Positions 24,752 to 36,600 of a stretch of DNA of 64,000 bases are shown here, piece after piece (position 1 is the stretch's first letter; the number at the start of each line of letters is the position of its first letter). The stretch comes from a virus. A program made the position numbers and the translations under genes. The notes beneath the pieces are model-generated. The model searched no databases. It was not told the origin of the DNA and saw nothing but the letters and a program-made list of their open reading frames with translations. Where the stretch lies: positions 27,158 to 91,157 of IMG/VR virus record IMGVR_UViG_3300044970_002549; one strand, 5' to 3'.

Positions 24752-24934
24752 CTACTTCTTCTTCCCTGATGGCTTCTTCTTGGCCGTCTTAGCTACAGAC
24801 TTGACCTTGGGCTTTGGCGCCCGCTCAACAAGCTGTTCGGGCATGTCCCAAAGCTGTCGCTTGATAGTTCGGAATGCCTTCTTCAAGGCCTTCTCAAAAA
24901 TCTTTTGTACCTTCTTGAATACTTTATTCATCAC
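24752..24934 (-). CDS. small Lys-rich basic protein
   Basis: 60 aa; KPKVKSVAKTAKKKPSGKKK tail; promoter-like TATGCT upstream. Confidence 0.55.
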   Translation of the reverse strand: MMNKVFKKVQKIFEKALKKAFRTIKRQLWDMPEQLVERAPKPKVKSVAKTAKKKPSGKKK

Positions 24935-25063
24935 TGTTTCCCTTCTGCCCTCTTACTGGGCAGAAGCTAGCATACCACATCTATCTCAGCCGTTCGATAT
25001 GTGCTATGCAATGTAGAAGGAAGATCCATAGATTATCGGCGCTTACAAATATACCATTGCGGC

Positions 25064-25462
25064 ATGACCGGAGTATACGAGGCGTTTTTCAGTGCTTTGA
25101 GCGGGGATGCCACGCTGCAGACCCTGCTTGGCGGCACGTCCACCGATAAGAAGGTTTACCCGGTCAATTTTACGGGCAAAAGCGGCCCCCCAGCCATTCG
25201 TGTAGCCGTTCTCGGTGGCGGCAGTGACGTAGGGCTCGGAATTGACCGTCCAATTGTGGATATTGTAATAGTTAGTAAAGTCAGCGCCGCAGAGATAAAT
25301 ACTATTGGCAACAGGGTAGATATAGTGCTTAATAGGAAGCGTCTTGCGGGGCCAGATGGGGCTGTGCTGCACTTGTCACACAAGATAACGCAAAGGGACT
25401 TTTTCGATGACCCGAGCTTGGAATACCGGCGTGTGATCCGGTACAGCGTCATCAAAACATAA
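25064..25462 (+). CDS. tail terminator protein, probably leaderless
   Basis: ALSGDATLQTLLG...KVYP motif; precedes the tail tube; TACCAT lies 6 nt before ATG 25064. Confidence 0.7.
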   Translation: MTGVYEAFFSALSGDATLQTLLGGTSTDKKVYPVNFTGKSGPPAIRVAVLGGGSDVGLGIDRPIVDIVIVSKVSAAEINTIGNRVDIVLNRKRLAGPDGAVLHLSHKITQRDFFDDPSLEYRRVIRYSVIKT

Positions 25463-25474
25463 GGGAGAAAAGCA

Positions 25475-26137
25475 ATGCTTACACTTGGATCTGGTGTAGT
25501 CAAGGTGGCGTTCTGGAAGTCTGGAGCCGTCATCGGGCAAACCTCAAACTATTTTGCTAGCACCTCAGGCTACGGCAACACGGGCCAGCTCGTGACCGTT
25601 GGCGAGGTTGGTGGCGACGTCGAGTTCGACATTAACTTCCAGGAGCGAGAGTTCTACGGCCAGTCGAACTTCCCAATCGCTAAGGCGTTCTTCGGCGGTC
25701 GCGCCGACATCCGCGCCCGCGGTGTGGAAATCAACTGGGACAACGTTAAGAACCTGTTCCACGTATCGCTCGGTGAGGGCACCACGCTTGATTCGACGGC
25801 GTATGCCTATGCACACGACGACTTTACTGGCGGATCGTACTCCGTAAACTTCGACCCAGATGGCGGTCGCCCAAACACCGGCATCAGCAACGTCACGGCT
25901 CTCATGGGCCTTCCACGACCGCTGTATGTCAAGTTTGAGCACATCCGCTCGGACGACCCGTCGAAGTCGGTCATTATCCATTTGCCAAAGGCGTACAGCA
26001 TGCAGCTCATGATGCCATTCACCCGTGAAGACATTGCCCGACAGGACATTGACTTCTCGGCTGTTGTGGACCGCGACTGCAAGGTCACGTCAGGCTCTTC
26101 GAGCGCGACCCCATCGGTCGTTCTCATCGAGGCGTAA
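25475..26137 (+). CDS. tail tube protein 1
   Basis: LTLGSG...GEVGGDVEF...IIHLPKA...F; lies between the terminator and chaperone genes. Confidence 0.75.
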   Translation: MLTLGSGVVKVAFWKSGAVIGQTSNYFASTSGYGNTGQLVTVGEVGGDVEFDINFQEREFYGQSNFPIAKAFFGGRADIRARGVEINWDNVKNLFHVSLGEGTTLDSTAYAYAHDDFTGGSYSVNFDPDGGRPNTGISNVTALMGLPRPLYVKFEHIRSDDPSKSVIIHLPKAYSMQLMMPFTREDIARQDIDFSAVVDRDCKVTSGSSSATPSVVLIEA

Positions 26138-26158
26138 TAGAAAGAGGGGGTCACAAAC

Positions 26159-27022
26159 ATGTTTACACTAGGTAGCGGTCGACTTCAAGTCGGCACCTGG
26201 ATTTCTGGCGGTCTTTATACTCAGGTCACGGGCGTGTCTGTGACCCCCTCAACTGCCTCGGGCACCCTCCTGGCCGGCACGTACTATGTACGTGTCGCCG
26301 GGAAGAACTCTGCTGGCGTTGCCACGCCATCTGAAACGTACATTACTGTACTATCAGCAACCGGCAAACTCACAGTCAACTGGAGCGCTCTTACCGGCGC
26401 GACCGATGGCTACGATATTTACGTTGGAACTGTAAATGGCTACGACTGGAAGCAGGGCGCTGTCGCTTCTGGGACCACCACTTTCGAAGTGACGTCCCTT
26501 ACCGACCCTGCCGGAGCGGATCTTGCCCAATACAAGGGTATGCAGGATATTGGCGAAATTGGCGGCGATGTCGAGTTTGACATCAGCTATCAGGAGCGCG
26601 AATTCTATGGCCAGTACAACTTCCCAATTGCAAAGGCCCACTTCGGCGGCACGTCGAATATCCGCGTCCGAGGTCTCGAGCTTGATCCAATGCGCTTCTC
26701 CAGGCTCTTTAGCACTACTGTGACGAATAATGCAAGCACCTCAATCTATCCTGGAACCCTCCAGTTCCGCGAGAGCCTCAACTTCGGAACTGCGGCTGTA
26801 AACCCGCTTGACCTGTCGATGCTTCGCAACCGACCGGTGCGATGCACCTTTGCGCACACGCGATCTGACGACCCTTCAAAGTCTGTCAATATCGTTGCGC
26901 ATAAGGCCTGCATTTACCAGCACAATATTCCGTTTACACGTGAGGACATCATCAAGGTTGATATGGAGTTCAACCTGCAGTATGATTCCAGCACGGCGCA
27001 GATCGTGACAATCACGGCCTAA
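26159..27022 (+). CDS. tail tube paralogue 2 with Fn3/Ig-like insertion
   Basis: Shares GGDVEFDI-QEREFYGQ-NFPIAKA and RSDDPSKSV with tube 1; insertion GTYYVRVAGKN...VNWSALTGA..YDIY. Confidence 0.75.
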   Translation: MFTLGSGRLQVGTWISGGLYTQVTGVSVTPSTASGTLLAGTYYVRVAGKNSAGVATPSETYITVLSATGKLTVNWSALTGATDGYDIYVGTVNGYDWKQGAVASGTTTFEVTSLTDPAGADLAQYKGMQDIGEIGGDVEFDISYQEREFYGQYNFPIAKAHFGGTSNIRVRGLELDPMRFSRLFSTTVTNNASTSIYPGTLQFRESLNFGTAAVNPLDLSMLRNRPVRCTFAHTRSDDPSKSVNIVAHKACIYQHNIPFTREDIIKVDMEFNLQYDSSTAQIVTITA

Positions 27023-27064
27023 TCGCCTAGCTGTAGCGGCCTTTAGTGGCCAGGAGTAGTTCAC

Positions 27065-27358
27065 ATGGCTAGCCTTAATGAAGTGCGCCCAACGCGCGTG
27101 CTTACCCTTAATGACCTCGCTGACATCGAGGATAAGTTCGGAGGTCTTGACAAAGTTGACCTTACGAAGTTCACTGTACTTCGCTACATCTTGTGGCTCG
27201 TTCTTAAGAAGGACGACGTGAAGCTTGATGAGCGAACTGTTGGTGACCAGTTTTCGCTGGACACCATGCGGGAAGAGATCGACAAGGTACTTCGCTCTAG
27301 CGGTTTGATCGGGGCTGCCGATGAAGAAGGCGCTTCGGGAAAAGCAGCGGGGGCGTAA
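27065..27358 (+). CDS. tail assembly chaperone (G-like)
   Basis: LTLNDLADIEDKFG; position; slippery site at the 3' end. Confidence 0.8.
   Translation: MASLNEVRPTRVLTLNDLADIEDKFGGLDKVDLTKFTVLRYILWLVLKKDDVKLDERTVGDQFSLDTMREEIDKVLRSSGLIGAADEEGASGKAAGA
27337..27343 (+). promoter_or_regulatory. -1 programmed frameshift site G GGA AAA
   Basis: X XXY YYZ heptamer in the correct phase; the -1 frame is open into ORF 27388-27621. Confidence 0.85.
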
Positions 27359-27621
27359 GCTGGGGAGAGATTGATTGGGGTTCAATCATGGCATCGTATG
27401 CAGATGCCTTTGGTTACACTCCAACGGAGTTCATGCAACTGACGCTCCCACAGCTTAACGCATACGCAAAGTACGTTGAGAAGCGAGACGAGCAAATGAA
27501 GAGCGAATCAAAGTCAACCCCCGCAAAGAACAAGGCAAAGTTTGCTGAAGGCAAGTCAGGGATGAAAACAATTCAGTCCCTTGATCACCTGGCCCAAGTG
27601 TTTGGAAAACCAGGAGCATAA
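27337..27621 (+). CDS. tail assembly chaperone frameshift extension (GT-like)
   Basis: -1 frame reads GKSSGGVSWGEIDWGSIMASYADAFGYTPTEFMQLTLPQL. Confidence 0.8.
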   Translation, partial: GKSSGGVSWGEIDWGSIMASYADAFGYTPTEFMQLTLPQLNAYAKYVEKRDEQMKSESKSTPAKNKAKFAEGKSGMKTIQSLDHLAQVFGKPGA

Positions 27622-27636
27622 GTAGGGGGAACGCAA

Positions 27637-30600
27637 GTGGCGGAAGAAAATGTCGCAAGAGTTGGCATAGCTCTTGATTCTGCCGCATTCCAGGACGGGG
27701 TATCCCGCGCCCTTCGTGACATCGATCGACTCCTCAGCGGACTCAAGACACTACAGAACGCCAACAGGCAACTCTCCCTTGCTTCTGGAGGCGGACTCTT
27801 CGGCACCGGTTCTAGGTCCCCCGTTGCCAACTTTGCCCGAGACATAAATCGGACAGCGATACCGGCCCTGCGCGATATGGAACGCAATGCGCTCCGTGTT
27901 GGCGGGGCCGTTCGCCGTTCCATGACAGAAATGTCCAGAATGGCATCTGTAGCAGAGCAGGCGCAAGTTCGGCAAGAGCGAGCGATCCTTGCCGGGGAGC
28001 GTCGAGCAATGAGTTCCCGCCGAGGTCGCGGCGGCAGATATCGGGACGAAGGGCTTTTTGGTGCAGTCCCTGCAGATCCTCGAGTTGGATCATTCGAAGA
28101 CCCGCGCAGCCCGTCAGGAAAGATTGCCGCAAGATACGTCCTGCGCACCCTAGAAGAACTCATTACATCAGAGGCAGAAAGCTACCCGCGCATCATGCAA
28201 CCTCGCCCCAGGGGTGGAGCTGGTCGGCAGGCAAGCGTTGGCTCAGAGCAAACTGTTTCTAGCGTCGCAAGCAAGTTTGCCCCGGGTCGAATCTTTAACA
28301 CGTCAACAAACCTAGAAGAGGGACTCCCAGTTACCATCGTTGGTCCTGGCGGGGAAAAGTTTGTTTTGTCAGGGAATGGTCGCGTCATGGGCATGCGTCG
28401 CCTCTCTCAACAGCAGCAAGGACGAGTTCCAATTGTTTCTGCAGTAGAGACATTTGTTGCTGGAAACCCGTCCCTGTTCGGCGGCGCTGAGGGCGTAGAG
28501 GAAACGCTTCGACAGGTTGCAAAAATTGCCAAAGCCAAGCAAACGCCGATACTTACTCGTGAGCTCACACAAACCATCGAGCAGATTGGCGCGCGAGAAG
28601 CCGGGAAACTTGGGCTTGGGCTAAACACTCGCACAGCGATGTCAGAAGCCGAGATGGCAATGGCCGTATCAAAGCTTTTGCAGCGCCCACCGACTGGCCT
28701 TGCAAAGGGAACGCCAGGAAAAGTGCTGTCAGGTGGTGGAGAACCTGTTCGTGAGTTTATTAGCCAAGTACTGGAAGTTCTTCCACCGCAGGTAGTTAGG
28801 TCACGATATCAAACTAGTTCTGGTGAATCAAATAAGCAGTTCCAACAGCTCCTAGAGGGCGTTGCAATGTCGTCTGCGTACGGAAGCAACCCTGCGACAG
28901 AGGCAATGATCACTCGCCTTCTTGAAGGAGGTAAGACTGGCTTGCCTCCGGCTCTTTCTGGAGCGCTTCGGAAAAATCTCGGACCGCAACTAACTCTGCG
29001 TGGTCGAATCGCTTCCGGCGAAATCCCTGCAGAGATGGACCCAATTTACAACAACCTCCCCCAGGCAATCGAGCTATTGACCCAGGCTCAAAAGTCATAC
29101 GGTCCGCGGTTTATGGCCGAACAGATTGGAACGCAGCAAGGCATGGAGCCCGCATCACCACAGGCTCTTAAGCTTGCTCAGGCCATGCGCAAGGCTGGAA
29201 CAGCCGGCCTTCCAGCATTCTTTGAGTCTATTGCCCAGTATGGAAAGAGGGCAGTGTCTGCTACTGCGCCAACGCTAGGACTTGATCCCGGAGCATTTGT
29301 TGCTGACCCAGAGGCGGCAATTCGCATTGCATCCGAAGCGGCCTCCAAATTTGCATCACACAAGGGACCAAAGACAGAGGGCATCCTCTCGTCAATTGTC
29401 GAGGCTGCCATTCGAGAGTTTGCAACACCAGAAGTAATTCAGCCGGTTGCCAAAAAGGCGGCAAAAGGAGCAGCTGCACGAACCGTTGAAAAGGCAGTCG
29501 AAACAAAGGTTGAGCAGGTTGCCGAGGCAGTCGCTGAGGCGGTTACTGACCCAAGAGCCACTAGCATGCGACGACCAGAGTCTGAGCGCTTCTTCAAGGT
29601 AAATCCCCGAGCCATCGGCACAGCCGCAGGATCAGAAAGGGCCCGTTCAGGAGGATACGTCCCATACGGCGAGGCTTCCGAAGCACAGCGTGGCAAGTAC
29701 AACATGACGCTTCTTGGAGGGTATGCAGAGCTAGAAAAGCAATACGAAGAGGCGCAAAAAGAAGCTGAATACATGAAGGAAAACTTTGCCACTAGGCCAG
29801 GGGCCACTCCACACGCTTCAGTCCAGAAAGCAGAAGCACTGCGAGCAAAGCTTACCGAGCTAAGAGGTGTCATGATTGAGCGCGGCCTTCATAAGCCAAC
29901 TATGGCAGAGCAAATTGCAGAGCTATTCACCGGCCCTTCCTCATCATCGTCTGGCCTGACCCCAACCAGAACCTCCGGAGGCGGGGGTGGCGGTGGAGGC
30001 GGGGGACGTCGACGAGGGCCTTCTGGCGGTGGCGGAGGCGGGGAGGAAGAGGAGAAGACCCCTAAGTGGATTCAGAGTTTCCAGGGGGCTCTAGCTGCAT
30101 CCGGGCTTGACCCTCAAACTTTAAAGTACATGACCTCTGGGTTCAAGTTTGGCGCCACCCAGGCTGCCATTGAACCGGGTCTTTTTTCGCAGTCACGCGC
30201 ATCTCTTGAGGCACTTCAGCAATTCGCTGCAGTCCGCCAGCTCAGCATGGTTCAGATGTCTCGTGGGCTTGTTGGTAGCGGAGCAAATGGTTTCTGGCAG
30301 CCACAAGAGGCTGGTGAACGTGGTGGCATTGCTCTTGGTGGATTTGGTGCGAGGACTGCCGCCCCACTCCTAAGGACAATGATTCACGAAATAGCACACG
30401 GCACATTCGAGTCCCTGGTTGCCGGCGGGTACAAGCCTCAGACGAAAGTAGAGATGTATGGGCCAAAGGGAGAAGCGCTTGGCCCGGTAAATGCGCGTCA
30501 AATGCTTGCGCCATTCAAAGAAACAACGGCCAGCGGACACGTCGATCCAGCATTCTATCGATCTCAGGCAATGATCAGCAAGGCTGGCGGCGCGTTACTT

Positions 30601-33600
30601 CCGCAGCTTGCATTTCACAGGATGGTCGAAGAGGTCATGCCGCAGGGACATCTTACCGAGGGAATTGGGTTGGGCAAATTCTCGCAGCTGCTCACCCCGC
30701 ACCTTAAAGAGTTTGCATCTCCCGAGCAGTCAACAGCAGCAGAAGAGTTTGTCAAGTTCTCCGCACGCATCATGGAAGCGACAAACAACTTTACTCAGGG
30801 CGGTATCGGAAAGGGTGGCGCGCTTAGCGTTCTCTCGGAAGGCCTGCAGCAGCTTGGCGCATCAAGCAAGGCGTTCCCTTCAACATTCTTCCTTGAGGCT
30901 GCATCTGTTGTAGGAAATACCCTAAAGAACCTCGAGGCCGGAGACCCGGATAACCTGACCAAGGTTGCAAAGTCGCTCATGAATGCTGCAGCCCTTACCA
31001 TTGGCGAGGGGGAATTCAGGCCTGGCGTAGCAGTTGCGTCAAATGCAGCAAAAGAAGTCGCAAACTACCTTGCTTCAGCAAGCATTGAAGAGAAGGCGGC
31101 AATTGCGCTTGGGGCAAACCCGAAACTTCTTGGAGACACTTCATTTAACCCTGGCAACGAAGGGCATGTCCAGAAGGTTAACGAGGCAATTGCAAACATT
31201 TCTCGTGTCGCATCTGAAACATCACGCGGCGTTGCCGTAGCCCGATTCGTTGGCGGACAGAGAGTCGAGACCCCATACGCTGCGGCCGCAGGACTTCTCG
31301 GTCCGGCTGCGCCTGGAACGCTTGCCGCACAAACGTCTCCACTCCAGTTCCCAGGAGGAAGCCTTGCGCAAAGAATGGCTTACTACGGGTCTCAATCAAC
31401 AGGCCAGCGCGGCATGGAAAGTGCAATCCCTGGAGCGTATCTGCGTGCCAAGGAAGGACAATTTATTGGAATGGGGCCAGCCTACCAGCAGGCATATGCT
31501 TCCGCCCGAAATCGCCAAGAGCTAGAAGCGGGCATCAAATCATCTGCTAAAAGCGAATACGTTCAATCTGCCAACGCGGCCATGCGGTATGCCGAGGTGC
31601 AAAGCCGACTAAACCTGATTGTCCAAAATGGCAATGTCAACTTCTCGCAGCTTTCCAGAGTCCTAACAGACGCAGGCACTGGATTCACCGTCTCCGCAGC
31701 AAATGCGCTCAAGTTTGCTGCCGCCATTGCTGTTGGCCAGCAAATTACCGGCTCGATTGTTGGCGTATTTGAACATCTTAAGGGTGGCATCCTTGGATTC
31801 AACGCAATGCTTGAGTCTGCGAGCGTCGGCTTTACAACGTTGTTCAAGAATGCGGGACGGTCCGTACGAGACGCTGAGTCAGAAACAGCGAAAACAATCA
31901 CCACGCTTCGAGAATTTGCCAACGTTACCAACTTCCGATTCGGAGACCTGGAGACTGCCGCCCTGCGAATGCAAGCGTTCGGATTTGAGGTCGACACCGC
32001 AAGGGCGGCGCTTAAAAAGCAAATGCCAGTTCTCTATGAGGTAAATAACGTTCTCGAGAGAAACGCAACTGGCCTCAAGACCTTCCGTGGGGCACTTGTA
32101 AACATCGGAGATGCGGTAGCGGCACTTGGCGGAGAAGACGACAAGCTTCGAAGAATTACGTACGCACTCGGGCAAATGAACTCTGCTGGTCGCGTATACC
32201 AGAACGACATGATGCAGCTGGCAAACGCCGGTATCGCTGGATACGACATTCTCGCCAAGGCTCTTTTGCAAGAGATTTCCGCAAGCCCAGAACTAAAGAA
32301 GGCCAACGCCGCAATCTACAACAAGCTGATGAATCCAGAGACTGCGGTTGAAGAGGTCCGAAGACTCGCCAAGAGCGGACGACTGTTTGGACCAGGAGCT
32401 GTTCAAGCAATCCTGAAGGGCCTCGAGGAGAGGTACGGCGGGGGAATGAAAGCGTTCTCAAGAACATTCCAGGGAGCGATGACGACAGTTGCCGACACCT
32501 CCCAGTCGCTTGTAGCAACTGCCTTCAACCCACTGTTCTCCGTTGTCCGCGACCTTACGATTCAGCTTGCTGACTTCCTGCAGCAGCCAGAAGCTGAGGC
32601 CGGGGCAAAGAATCTTGCAAAGGCAGTTCTTAGCGTTTCTAATGCAATTAGGACAGGGCTCCCATCTGCACTCTCGACCGCAGATAAGATTCTATCGTCT
32701 ATTACTGGGACATTTGGCAGTCTTGCAGGAAGCGCTGCTGAGGGGACAAGCAGCCTTGGCGGGTTTGTTAGAAACACCATTAAGGGTCTTTCAACTTTCG
32801 GTGATGTTCTAGAAAACTCAGTCATTCGCAAATTTGGATCAGCTCTTGTTGTGGCCAAGCTTTTGTTTGGATTTATTGCCGCAAACCCCCTTCTTGCAAC
32901 GCTGACAGCCGGGACTGCCGGAATCGGGTTCCTTGCCACAGCAATCCAAGAAAATCAGTTTGGGCTTGGAACTGCATTCCAAAAGATAGCTGTCCCGCTT
33001 GAGCAGACCCTTGAAAACCTTGGCAACAATATTATGCCAAGCCTTTCTAATACGCTTACAGCTGCCGCAGGAGTAATTGGCGCAACCATCGCATCCATCA
33101 TGACGGCAATCTCCCCGTTGCTAGAAATTATTTTGAATGTATTGAATATTGTAACTTCTGCCGTAAAGCCATTCTCTTCGGTCCTTGGAGTTGCTCTTGC
33201 GCTATTTATTGGAAAGAAAGTACTAATAGACGGAGTGGCGTCAGCAATGGCCAGATTTGCAATGTTCACCGAGAAAGCTGCTGGATCCGTCGACAACATG
33301 AAAATGAAGTGGTTTGCCGGTCGGGAACTTCAGGCATTTGAGCGATTCGGAAACACGACAATGGGCGCTCAGATGGTTGCCCCTCAATACAACAAGCAGG
33401 GTGAGCTGACCCAGGCTGGAAAGGTCCAATTCGGTCAATTTGGTGGGGCCGGAATGGGATACAGCAGTCCACTTCTTTACAAGATTTTCATGGCCCAGAT
33501 GAAGGAAATGGCTGGCGCGCAAGGATTTGAGTTCCAAAATCTTGCCGGCGATCCAACTGGCGCAGAGAAGTTGACGCTGGAGACCACGCCGATTGCCAAG

Positions 33601-36600
33601 GAGCAGGCTCTTTCGGCGCTTTCATGGCTTAAGGGGCTAAAAACCAGCGATCCAGAAAAGTATAAAGAAACACTTGCAGCCGCTACGCCTTCAGAGCGAC
33701 TTCAGCTTGAGGAGGCAATGAATGCCGGGCTTAGAACTGTTGTTTCTGGGCTTCGTGCGTTTAAGGCAGAGCTGGACAAACTTCCAACGGTTATGCAGAA
33801 GCTTGGCTATATTGGCCAAATTGCTTTTGACAAGATCGGCACACTTGCGGGAGCGGCTACTGGTCTTGGCCTGACGCTATCGACTCTTGGCGGTCTGATG
33901 AATAATGAGGCCCTTGTGGGCTTTGGATCAACTCTCGCCACGGTGGGAATTGCAACATCTGGTCTTGTGATGACATTTACTCAGCTTAAGCAGGCCCTTG
34001 GGCCGTATGGCTTCGCCGGTGCAATTGGCGGCGCCATTTCGGCCCTCGGTCTCCTTGCAGCCGCTGCATACGAAGATCATAAAACCAAGCAGGACGATGC
34101 AAAGTCAGCCCTAAGCGATCTCGGGTCGCTCCAGTCAATCATTGGGCCAGATGCACTGCAGGCCGAATACGGAAATTTGATTGAAGGGCTATCCCGCTCA
34201 TATGAGCTTGGGTTCGACCTGACGGACGAGCAAAAGGCATCTCTTGCCGCCGCGAGGGAAAGACTTGAGGTCCTTAGGGCCCAGATCCGCGAAGACAGAA
34301 TGGAAAACTACACTGGCAAGGGGTCTGCCAGGTACACAATGGAGAAAAATAAAGAGACAATCAGGAACTACGCAATCCGAGGATACACGCCGGAGCAGAT
34401 CGCTGAATTTACCGGATTGAATCTTGACTATGTAAAAAACCTGTTCGAGAACATGGTTCAGGACGGCAGCGAAGCTGGGCAGGAATACATCAAGATTCTT
34501 ACGCAGCAACTTGACGCAACGGGGGAGGCGCTGCAGAAAGCCAAGGACATTCTTGAAAAGGCCACAGAGGCATTCGAGCGTCCGCTCAACCGCCTTATGT
34601 CCAGGGTGCAGACGCTTATTTCTGAGCTATTTGCCGACGAGAAGGAAAAGCTTCAGGAGGAGAGCAGAACTGCGCTTGGAAATATTGAGGTTCTTTACAA
34701 CGGGGAAATGATTCGGCTTGGGGTTCTTGAGGAGCAGCACAGGATTCTCACTGAGCAGCGCCAAGAGATGGAGGAGATGCAGCGACTGGAGGACCTTAGA
34801 ACCAAGGCATCTGAGGCCGCCCTTGAGATGTTCGATGCTGGCACTGACCCGCTTGAACGCGCCAGGGCAGCCAGGGACGCAGCAAGAGACCTGTTTTCTG
34901 AGTCCGAACAGATTCGCCTTGACCAGATGGGCAAAACTATTGAAGAGGCAAAAACTAGCGTGCCGTATATGGCCACATCTGAGGACTATGACCTTCGCAT
35001 CAAGGCGCTTGAGGTTGATCAGCAGGAGCGACAGCGCGTTTTGACCGAGACAATCGACGACCTAATGCGCAAAGTTAAGAACGGAAAGCTTAGCGCCGAA
35101 GAGGCCAAGAAGATGCTGCAAGATGCGTTTGCGGACACCGGCCTTGACCTTGCAGTTGCTTCCGCGCAAGGATACGACTTCATGGAGCACTTCTCATCTG
35201 GGTTCATGGATGCGCTTCAGAAGAACATTGATTTGACATTTAAGCGCCTCCCTGCGCTTATCTCAGCCGCCGTCAGGGCACTCCGTGAGGATGCTGCATA
35301 TAAGAAGGCCCAGGCCGAGCTTTCTGAAATCCTTAACCCAACACCTCTCGACAAAAATATTTCAGGTGCCGAGATGGCTGCGGAGCAAAAAAGATTAATC
35401 GAGCGAGCAAAGAGAACGCTTCAGGCGTTGCAGCTTGCTGAAAACGTCCCAGGACAAACCGCAGAACAAAAAAAGGCACTCACTGGACAGATGTCATCAA
35501 TTGCAATGTATATCAGAAAATTGGAGAAAAATCCATTTGCGGCAAACCTTAATTACTCGGAATCTGAAAAAACACTGCTCACCGAAAACTTTGGAAATCA
35601 GACCAACGCCGCGCTAGGCAAGCTTTTTGCCCTGTTTGGATACGACACAGTTCTGCAGTGGGTGTTTGGTGGGGTCCCAATGGCATCTCGCCCCGGGAAC
35701 ATTAACCCCAGGGCATCTGGGGGCCCAGTTGGTGCCGGAACCTACATGGTCGGAGAGCGCGGACCAGAGATGCTTCAGATGTTCCCGAATGGCGGCGGCT
35801 ATGTTGTGCCTAACCACAAGCTCCCCTCACACATGCGATCTTCTGCTGCTGCCCTTGGCGGTGGAGTTATGGGCCGTGCGTGGGGTGGCGGCGTAGGCAT
35901 CACCAACCCAGAAGTCCCAGTCGGCCGAAGCACCCTGCAAACACCTCTAACTGACATCGCCAACATCGTTGGCGGAAATGTGCAAAGAATCCGCCCTGCA
36001 GCATTCACAAGAACAGTCACCTATGATTTCCCATGGGGCAAAATTGTCATTGACCGATCTATTCATGATGATGTAGTTAGCCGGTTTCCGATCTCAAAGA
36101 TGCAGGAATATGCTGAATTTGCAATGTCCTCTGGGCGACCAGGGACTTTCAGCGAAAAGAATCCTTTTGAGCTTCACCTTACCCCAAGAGTTACTGACAG
36201 GGAGGCTGTTGCATTTGCCCAGTCTGATCTTGTTGGCGTTGAGTGGCACGGGAAAACCGGGCTCAATTTCCCTGACGACGAATCGTTTAGGCAATTGCTT
36301 ACTCACGAAATCGGGCACTCGGTCATGGAGCGCAGCGCTCCGCGTGGCCTTCATCCAATTTTCAGGCCGATGCAAGGCATTGTCCCGCCAATGTACAAGA
36401 AGATTTTTGGCCTTATGGCCGGTCGAACACAAGGAAATATTGCTCGCGGCATGGGCCTCAGCGGATGGGACGATAACGCGATAAGTTCAAGCGGATATGG
36501 TCAGGAAAGCTGGGCAGAGAGCTACGCAGAGCACTATACAAATTATGTCAAGGCAGGTGGAGACACCGCGGCAATAAAATACGGCGAGCTAAACACGTCT

